Source: Balamuthia mandrillaris
Lineage: Eukaryota
Length of the DNA stretch: 64,000 bases
Assembly (NCBI GenBank): GCA_031835245.2
Contig: JAVKOQ020000013.1
Location: 1-64,000, forward strand
Reading direction: 5' to 3'
A model generated the notes under the pieces. The model had not been told where the DNA came from. It did no database searches and saw only the letters and a program-made list of their open reading frames with translations. Of the stretch, positions 1-16,100 are shown piece after piece (position 1 is the stretch's first letter; each line of letters begins with the position of its first letter). The position numbers and the translations under genes were made by a program.

Positions 1-35
1 AAAAGCTCAGGATTCATCTCGCGTAAAGACTTGCT

Positions 36-6635
<6,600 letters not shown>

Positions 6636-7259
6636 TATTCGGGGAGGGCAAATGGCTTGTGGGGCGAATGGGTCTCCTGTTTGCGCTCTTACTCGGTTCA
6701 GCACCTTTCCGGTGGACAGGGTCCAAATGGTGACGTGTCAATATCATTAGGTATGTTTGGTATGTTTGGTATGTTTGGTATGTTGAACTGCCCTCACATG
6801 ACACTAATGATGCTCGTCTGTACGTGCTCGGTGTCATGAAAAAGGGCATGGACGAAAGTGTGTTCGTTTAGTGAACATGCCCCCCCCCCCCCCCCCCCCC
6901 CTCACGGAAATGGTTGGCTATATGACCGAGAAGAAATGGGCAGCAAAAACGTCCTTGCTCAGTCAGGGAACACAAGTTGCACACAACAGTCCTCAATGGT
7001 GCTGGCAACTCGAATACTTGGTAGTGAGCAGCGCGTGCCATTAATGTCCAGCTTGGAGATGACATCCTATGGGACGATTTTGGCCAATCGGGGTGTCAAT
7101 GCTGCTCACAACATCATGTTGTGAGATTCTTTTCTCTCAGAGCAGGTTCGCTTAACGAGAGACCTGCGGTGGGTCTTACCCTTCCGCGCATTTAAGTGTG
7201 GAGGCAAGACCTGTAGCAGAGTTTTATAAAGTTGAATAATAGGGCGTTCTATTATAATT

Positions 7260-8958
7260 TCAGGGCCAATTTGTATTCTTTTGTTTTGATGCGACCTCTT
7301 CAAAGAACTCATGCCTAGTAGCAGGTTTGTTGACAAGACGGAGTATACCTTTGTCATAGTCAGTGATTTGAGTATAGGCTTCTGCTATCCTCATGTATTT
7401 GGCAGAACATTCCTCACAACCTGGGTTCTTATCTGGATGCCTTTTGAAAGTGCCTTAGCAAAAGGGCAACAAAATATTCAAAAGAACAGAAGATATGATC
7501 ATTGAAAGCATGTACCATTTGAGTGACAAAGTTTTGTAGGCCTTTTTAACAGTGGATATGCTAGCTCCAGGGGGCACACCAAGAACGTCGTAGTTTGACA
7601 TAAAAGCGTCATAATCGCGGTCGTAAGTTGCTTCGAAGAATCTTAAGAACAAAACGGCTACAACCAGCCCCAGCACAGCAAGAATAAACACAATAGTTCC
7701 CCATTGGGAAGTTGCAGGCTGAGCAAATAATGAATATTCAAAAGACTAAAGCTCATACGTGTAGGAACTATACGTACTCCTTGTTTTGTCCGTTCTTGAA
7801 TAGCTTTTGACATGGATCGAATGTACCTTCTGCGTCTCCTGCAAATTGTTTGTTCTTTTTCTTCTTGTGGAGTGAGCCCTCTACTCTGATTGCTTGCAGC
7901 AGATCGGAGTTTGTTTTGTTGTTCTTTCTCTGTAACATGTTTTAAGTACTCCCTGAATGTAATTGTGCAGGTAGAGGTTTGGAAGCGGGTCAACTTCACT
8001 CCAGATAAAAACTCGGGAGTAATATTGCCAGTGTAGCCTGCCTTGCGAATGCACGCGTCCACCGCCTCTTGTTGCTTCCAACCTGATAAGAAGAGATGCA
8101 CGATCAACAAAGTTGTGTTCATGTGGGGAGTGGTTGGTAGTGGTGACGGTTTGGTTTGGTTTTTTTTTGTTTTAAAACTTGGTTACCCCTTGCAACAATG
8201 GTCTCGGGTGTATAAACTTTTTGGCACAGTTGACCCTTTAGCTGAAACGTTACACGAATGCCGTGAACGCCAACCTAAGCATGGTGAAAGTCAGTATATG
8301 ACGAGTGAATTGGAGGCCGTCTAGTGAGTCTTCCTCTTCTTTCTGGGCAGAACTGAGTGGGATACGGTACCAGCCAATCGGTTGGGTCCTCGATGGTCTC
8401 ATACGTGTCCTCTAGTACGAGACTTACAGAAACTCCCAGTTGGGATATGTCTTCGTACGTGATGGGAGGATGTACAGGATCGTGGAAAGCGCTTTATGCA
8501 TAAAGTTAGCAAAAATCATTTCCCTCCTTGTCCCCCAGCCTACTCCTGAGGGGGCGTGCCCTCTGCCTTCTCCCTCCCCTGAAAGCGATTTGTGTTGCTG
8601 TATTACTCTGCAACGTACCTATCTCGAATGGTAGCAATGAATTCCTCTGAGTGGAGATGCACAGGTTTCATTGTGATGAGCGAGCCACGCGCCTCAAAGT
8701 GGGTGTGCTTTGAACTGTCCTTGGTGCGCCTTGCCCAGGAAATAACAACAGGGCTTGAAAGACAACAAACCGGGTGAGGCGTTGGAGTAGTGAAAACCAT
8801 CAAAAAAGGAAGAAAGCTGACCTTTCAACGTCAACAAATTCAGGGGGCGCACAGTTTCTCCCCTCAAGCCCACTGATGAGTGCATCATAACAGTAGTAAC
8901 ACAATTCCTTTGTGGCTTGCGGGAGCGGCTTTCCACCTTGGTGCGATCCCTTATCCAT
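7260..8958 (-). CDS. Divergent AMMECR1-domain protein fused to a transmembrane segment and C-terminal DnaJ (J) domain, multi-exon
   Basis: Exons read by hand: MDKGSHQGGKPLPQATKELCYYCYDAL / SPVVISW..ARGSLI / AFHDPVHPPITYEDISQLGVSVSLV..DPTDWL / VGVHGIRVTF..YTPETIVAR / GWKQQEAVDACIRKAGYTGNIT..VKLTRFQTS (AMMECR1 pattern). These are followed by a hydrophobic VFILAVLGLVVAVLFL and YDVLGV..KKAYKTLSLKW/HPDKNP..AEAY (J-domain with intact HPD). Confidence 0.8.
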
Positions 8959-9170
8959 TTCCCCAACACAGAGCAACAACTATCTGTCGTCAGTTAAAGG
9001 GCGAAAGCCTTCTTCCGTTTGTTCTCCGCCTCGTCCTCCTCCTCCTCCTCCTTTTTTTTTCTTCTTACGCTGATGTCATCCGATCACTTCCCACGAGGTG
9101 ACATCACCATCAGACGCTAAAGGGGAAAAAGAAAGGAAGCGAGGAAGAAACGCAAGAAAGAGGGGGGGGG

Positions 9171-9336
9171 AAAGCGGCTCAATGCTTTGATCGGTTACTG
9201 AAAGTTTCAAACCACCAATCAAAAATCAAAACAGAGGCTGTATCTTACCATAAAAAGGCCATTTCTGTTGTCTTTTTCTTTGTCTCATCTCTAGCAGAGA
9301 TCTTTCACGTCGACAAAAATTCATTGCTCCGCTTTA
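9171..9336. mobile_element. ~167-bp MITE-like element, family A, copy 1
   Basis: Near-identical to copies at 48177, 53761 and 53938. Imperfect TIR (T)AAAGCGGCTCAATG...CATTGCTCCGCTTTA, flanked by G runs. Confidence 0.75.
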
Positions 9337-9774
9337 GGAGGGGGGGGGGGGGCAAGAACATTGGTTTTGCTCGCTTGCTTTTTTTTCCCTTCCTCCTCTC
9401 TCTCTGGGTTCCCTTAGTCTCTACCCAGAATGATGAACGACATGCGAAAGAGAAAGCGCAACATTCAATCTACTTCAATCAGCACCAAAAGCAGCACTTC
9501 GATTTTTGATTTGCCGTATTTGTCAAAATCCGAGGAGGCCTCTTGTTTACTGTAGGAAATCAAAAGTGCTTATTTTGAATGGCTCAAGGTAGGTCTCTTT
9601 CTTTTTTTTTCCTTTCTGCTTTTGCTCTTGTGCTATTTCTGTTTCGTCTATGGAATGGGTCCATCTTTCTAAAGCTTATTTCTCCCTAAGTATCTTCGCG
9701 AACTTGTACAAGAACGAAATGAACAGGCAGAACTATTGGGTTTGTAGTCTTCTGTGTTCCTTATCTCTTTCTAC

Positions 9775-10120
9775 TAAACTTTTGGTGCTCGTCATTCGCC
9801 TTGACACTTTTCTGCTACTCGTTTGCTTTTTCTGCTCTTCTCTTCATCGTTCTCTTCATCGTTCTCTTCTCTTCTCTTCATCGTTCTCTTCTCTTCTCTT
9901 CATCGTTCTCTTCTCTTCTCTTCATCGTTCTCTTCTCTTCTCTTCTCTTCTTTCTTTACAAAAGTAAACACACACATCCACGAAGCTCCACGCACCACCG
10001 TATTTCTGATTGCTACGCTTCTACTACACAAGGAGGAAACCAGCCGAAGGAGGCAGAGGTGGAAACCGAAGCGGTTCAGCCGCAGGCAGGGGCACTGCTC
10101 CGATTGAAAAGGTAGCGTTC
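9775..10120. repeat. Dispersed repeat family B, copy 1: TAAACTTTTGGTGCTCGT + (CTCTT/CATCGTT)n microsatellite + ~160-bp conserved core
   Basis: Core 9960-10120 is nearly identical to 45711-45871. Confidence 0.85.
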
Positions 10121-10289
10121 TTTTTTCTCTGCTCACTCACTACATTTTTTGATGATGGAAAAAAATTGTTACCAACCTCTCACTAATGATTTTTTAAACA
10201 GCATCACGAACCTCTGTGCGCCTCTTCCACAACGCTACTGGAAGCTGGCCTGAATGGCAAAAACTCAAGATAGTGTTAATCCTCACTGC

Positions 10290-13090
10290 CTTCTCCATTG
10301 TTATTGTTAATAGTTCACAAGTGAAAGGTGTTGAATGAGCTTTCAGACTAACTTTGTACTATCTAGCTATCCTTTATCTTTTCCTTACGGCATGCTCATT
10401 AATTTTTCCAATCCAGTTTGTTAACTGGTCAGTGCTAACCTGACCAAAAAGAAATCATGAGTAGAATGAGGGAAGACGCCATAAAGTGCAGCAAGTGCAT
10501 GTTGGGAAAAAAATAGAAAACAGTGAAAGGAAAGAGCTGTGCTGTATGGCACAGTCACTGCTGGTCAGCCAAAAAATAAAAGAGTGAGTGAAAAGGAGCT
10601 ATGCCATATGCAGTGCCTTTGAAAATTTTCATGGTGCAGCTCTTTTCTCTTGTGGATTTTGTATAAAAGTGATTTAGAGGCCCAACATCATTTTTGTGCA
10701 CAAAACAGAAAAAGACTCTTTTATTTTCATTTTCCTTCTTCTAAGAGCTATGCAAAAATTCATGAAATTGCAATAGGTGTGCAGCCTTCTTCCCCAATGA
10801 ACAATATGGACCATACCAATTCGAGAGAACAGCCAGCTATGAAGATAAAGACCAACAGAAACTTTGTAAATGATAGCCACTGCTTTGGACAGGTAGTAGT
10901 AAGGCCCTCATCCTCTTAGCTTTCTTTTCAACATCACTTGTCCCTTCACCTCCCTCACCTTCTTTCTTCTCACCTTCCTCTTTTCTTGCTTGGCTTACCT
11001 CTTCAAGTAGCTCAAAGTGGCCATCTTGCCTCTCAGCATGACGACTTACTGCTTGTCTTTACAACTCACAGTAGGCCTTGATGGTCAACCAGCCCAATTC
11101 TGCTCTACAAACCTCTGCCACAGTCCTTCGATGAACTTGCAATACACTTCTTGCTGTCTCATTCCACACAGCTTCAATCTTCTTCCACCATGATTTGGAA
11201 AGCTCTGTCATGCATAGTCCATATGACAAGGTAGACTTGACAATAGCCTCTGCAGCAATCTGGGCAGTGCGTGTACCAAGGCCTTGAGCAATGGCTCCCC
11301 GCTGCCTAAGGCTATAAAGGGCTTGCTTGGCCTTGGTGATTCTCTCCTTGAGTTGTCCATTCCCCACTTTCTTCAAACCACAGTCCCAGGTACTTGGCCT
11401 CCTTCACACGTTTCACAGCCTCCTCCTTAAGTCTCCACTCTTGAAAATGAGCCTTCTTTCCTTGTACTAGCACCACTGATTTCTTTGCATTGAACTGAAG
11501 TCCCAGAGCATTCACTGCCTCCACTGCCACATTCAATCTTCTCTGAAGCTCAAAAGGATCGCTGGCCACCACTGCCAAGTCATCTGCAAACAACAAGCAA
11601 ATGTTCCTTGCTTTATCTCCTCTTTCCTTCACCTCTGCCACTTGTAGCTTTCTTGCCACCACATCAATGTACACAAGAAGAGAGATAAAACTCCTCCTTG
11701 CTTAACTCCTCTTTCCACCAGAAATTCCTTAGAGAGCTGCCCATTCATATGAATAACACTCGTCATGCCATAGTACCACTCTGTAATGATACCCACTGCT
11801 GCCTCTTCTGCTCCTCTTTTGCGCAATATCCTTGCCAGTATGTCATGGTCAAGCATGTCATATGCCTTGCTGATATCCAACAGAGCAAAATATTAAAAAG
11901 GTACATTCTTTGCTTCTCTTCATCAGGCATTTAATCAACTGCCACACTTGATCCATGACTCCCCTTCCTTTTCTAAATCCGCCCTGGCAATTACTTATCC
12001 ACCCTTGGTCTCTTGCTTGTATGTTCCTGTACCAAGATAGCTCCTTCAAACACCTTGGCTGCATTGCATAGGAGAGTAATTCCTCTATAGTTTGCTGGAT
12101 TCTGGGGATCTCTTGCCTTATGCAAGGGGATAACCACCCCCTGTTTCCGCTCCTTGGGGAATATGCCTTGGTTCTCAATGGCCTTGATCAGCGTCCAAGT
12201 TGCATCTTGCATATGTTTACCTCCATACTTCATCATTTCCCCATCCATATCATCCACACCAGCTGCTTTGCCCAAGATGCAAGATTAAAGCTCTCCTTCT
12301 TAAGCCAGTTACTACCAGACCAAGATGGTCCTTCTGGACCTGCTTCCTCTCGATGCAAGCTCCCAATGGAAGAATCCTTCCTTCCCAGCTTTGCCCAATG
12401 TTCCTTGAAGGCTGCCGTGCTACCATAGTGCTCAATAACTGCTTTGGGCTCTGCTCTACGCTTTGCCACTATCCTCCACATGTTGCCAATCCATTTCTGC
12501 ATTTCCTTGATGTTCTCTTGTCTCCTCCACTTCATCCAGTCCCATTTGTTGGCTCTCCACAACTTCACAAACCTTTTCCTGAGTTCCACAAATTCCTCTC
12601 TGGCCTTTCCATCATTCTTTCCTTCTCTTAGCCATTGAGCATAGGCTTTCACTACCTGCTTGTTCAAGGATGTTAACTCTGCCGTCCACTAGGGCTTCCT
12701 TGCCCTGCTTGTTGTTGCTCTTAGCAGTCTCCTTTTTCTACCTAACCATCTCATTGCACCATCCCACAATCCTTTTTTCCACTTGCTCCAAAGATCTTCA
12801 AAAGTAGCTGCTCCATCTTGTGTTTTCCTGACCATGACCTTCCATTCCTCTTCTTTGAAAAAACACTTACACCCACATTTGTACTCCCTCCACCTCCTAT
12901 GCTGCATGCCATTCTTTTCTCTTACTTTCCACATTCTGACATGTGCTTGAGCCCCAGCTCAAAGATCCTCTCTCATACTCCAGTTTTACTGTAGACCAAT
13001 AGTTCAAGTTGGTTACCATCTCTTTGGTCCACGTCCTCCTGTATATGTTGGAGTTCCTTTGCTATTTCTTCCTTCCAGTATTCCAATTAA
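10290..13090 (-). mobile_element. Non-LTR retrotransposon (LINE) copy 1, degenerate; RT retained, endonuclease deleted
   Basis: RT fragments GKAAGVD, NYRGITL, QGGFRKGR, DISKAYD, GVKQGGVLS, LLFADDL and KYLG are broken by frameshifts. 3' UTR at 10290-10385 matches 13862-13940. ORF1 scraps at 12900-13090 match 15905-16200. Confidence 0.9.
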
Positions 13091-13149
13091 CTGTTTTACC
13101 ACTCTCCTATAATACCTATCCCTATTTTTCTATATATTTCTTTCTTTAT

Positions 13150-16100
13150 TTCATTAAAGGTGTTTTCCCTGCACACAACGAGTTGGTAATCATTGGGTTG
13201 TTTTCTCACCAGTCTTATCACATAACCTTAATAGTGAACCTTATCAAAGATACCAAATACATGAAGAAACATTAAACACACAAAAGAGTTTTGATAGGAA
13301 TCTGGAAGAAGAATAGTCTTGTGGAGTGGTAGCTGGTGACCAAAGAACAGTTGGAAAGGGGAAGACTTGTGATGATGGATGGATGATGTGTTGGTGGATT
13401 GCGTATTGGGCAGCAGGAGGAAAGGTGTGCCAGTGAGACCAATCACTGTTAATGAGCTTGTTTAAGGGTATTATGGGCCAGCTTGACATGGCGTAATGTT
13501 TACTTGAGGATGATAGGCCGAAATGAACTGGTGCTCAAAGCCAGAGAGCATCTTAAGAGCTTTGACGACCACATTGATGAACTCAGTGCTGTCTGTTGTC
13601 TGACTGAAGGATCTTAAGGAGACTGAAATCGGAGACAACTTGATAGAGAGTGCAGGCCACGTCTTTAGCAGTCTTGGCATGGACTGGGTGGAGGGAAGTG
13701 AACTGAGTAGCGATGTCTATGGTGACCAGAACATAGTAGTAGTAGTAATAAGAAGTTTATTTGCTCTGAGAGCAACACCAATCTATACATAAAAAGTAAG
13801 CATTGTACATACATAGTGTACTCTTACTTCTCTTACTCCCTCATCCTCGATGCCTTTCCAATTGTTATGATAGTTCACAAGTGAAAGGTGTTGAATGAGA
13901 TTTCAGACTAACATTGTATCATCTTGCTATCCTTTTTCTTTCCCTTTCCTTTCTTCTCTTTTCTTTGCTTTTACATTACTTCCAAAGATTGATAAAATGC
14001 AGACTCTTCCTCTATAGTTTGCTGGATTCTGGGGATCTCCTGCCTTATGCAAGGGGATAACCACCCCCTGTTTCCACTCCATGGGGAATATGCCTTGGTT
14101 CTCAATGGCCTTGATCAGCATCCAAGTTGCATCTTGCACATGTTTACCTCCATACTTCATCATTTCCCCATCAATATTGTCCACCCCAGCTGCTTTGCCC
14201 ACCCTCAATCTTTTCCTCCATGCAAGATTAAAACTCTCCTTCTTAAGCCAGTTACTACCAGACCAAGGCAGTCCTTCTGGACCTGCTTCCTCTCGATGCA
14301 AGCTCCCAATGGAAGAATCCTTCCTTCCCAGCTTTGCCCAATGTTCCTTGAAGGCTGCCGTGCTACCGTGGGGCTCCCTAACTGCTTTGGGCTCTGCTCT
14401 ACGCTTTGCCACTATCCTCCACATGTTGCCGATCCATTTCTGCATTTCCTTGATGTTCTCTTGTCTTTTCCACTTCATCCAGTCCCATTTGTTGGCTCTC
14501 CACAACTTCACAAACCTTTTCCTGAGTTCCACAAATTCCTCTCTGGCCTTTCCATCATTCTTTCCTTCTCTTAGCCACTGAGCATGGGCTATCACCACCT
14601 GCTTGTTCAAGGATGTTAACTCTGCCGTCCACTATGGCTTCCTTGCCCTGCTTGTTGTTGCTCCTATCAGTCTCCTTTCTCTACCAAACCATCTCATTGC
14701 ACTATCCCACAATCCTTTTTTCCACTTGCTCCAAAGATCTTCAAAAGTAGCTGCTCCCTCCTGTGTTTTCCTGACCATGGCCTTCCATTCCTCTCCTTTG
14801 AAGAAACGCTTGCACCCGCGTTTGTACTCCCTCCACCTCCTCTTGCGATCTTCCTCCGAGTAGGACTTCCACTTCCATCATTCCATCCAAACCCCGCCGC
14901 AATTATCTGCTGAGTCCTTCAACTCGACTACCAGTGGCCGATGATCAGTCCACGCTTGCCATCTGTCACCAACTACCTTGCCCGTCCATCTCCATGCTAC
15001 CACATAGTCCACAATGCTCTTTCGTTTTCCAGCTCTCCATGTAAATACTGGCGTTTCCTCTTCGAGCTGAGGCAACGAGAGGGCCAGCCTTTTGAAAGAC
15101 TCCACCAACACCTTTCCTCTCGCGTTGTAAGTAGATTCACCTCTACCATTCCATCCCTTTCCAACCCTGGCGTTCCAATCTCCTCCAATAATCAGGGGTC
15201 TTCCTTCCTTGACCACGTCCAGGATTCTTTTCTCAATCGCAGCCAAGGTGACCTTAAAGTCGTCCACGGTACCTCCTGGAGGGAGATACACTATACTGAT
15301 TATAAAGATGCAACTCTGTCCCGCCAGTTCCACCCAAGTGGAGTTAGGCGTTCGCCACTCTTTCCTTTCTCTGATGTTCCCCTTGAAGCCCTCTCGAACA
15401 AAGAAACCTGCGCCACCCCTTCCATAGCCACTCCTCCCTGGAGCAGCCCCTCCACCCATCCACCGATACCCCTCCAAGCTAGGGGCAACCATCCTCCTAT
15501 GTTCGCACACTCCAATAATGTCAAATTGCTTACTGTCAGCCCAACAGCTGACCAATTCCTCTTGTCCCCAGCCCCTAGAGTTGACAAACACTACTGAAGT
15601 CATTGGGTCTCCTCCCCTTCCTCCTCCACGATGTCAGACCAGTTGGCAGCACCGTGATACTCCTCCTCAGCCAGCGCGACGCCTGAGAGTTCCAATGAGC
15701 TGTCCAAAGCCACTGTTCCAATATTCTCCTTCTTTTCCTTCTCCTCCATCTTTCTTTGCTCTTTAGGCTTCCACAGCAGTTTGCCTTCATTCTTGGCTTC
15801 TTCAATTCGGGCTTTGCCCACCTACCAGCAGGTAAAAGCATACAGCCTGGCTCTTTCCACAATAATGTCTTCGGCAGCCTGGGCCTTCTCCAAAGTAACT
15901 CCCCAATGCTGCATGCCATTCTTCTCTCCTACTTTCCACACTCTGATGTGCTTGAGCCCCAGCTCGAAGATCCTCTCGCATACCTTTTCCTTCTTAAGGT
16001 CCTTACCACTCACCACAATGGATCTGCCCTCCACAGCCCCTACCTTGGAGTAGGGACTGGCAAAGCCATACTTTGGTTTTACTGTAGACCAATAGTTTGG

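Noticed and set aside
9171..9336. Family A element as a spliceosomal snRNA (AATTTTTG Sm-like site on minus strand, CTTACC and GCCTTTT words)
   Set aside because: The motifs are not in the order or context of U1, U2, U4 or U5. TIRs and dispersed copies fit a MITE better; an Rfam scan is still advised.
10045..10105. Repeat B core as SRP RNA helix 8 or a hammerhead ribozyme
   Set aside because: It has a GGAA tetraloop but not the exact CAGG/AGCAG internal loop or an Alu domain, and no CUGANGA/GAAA core.
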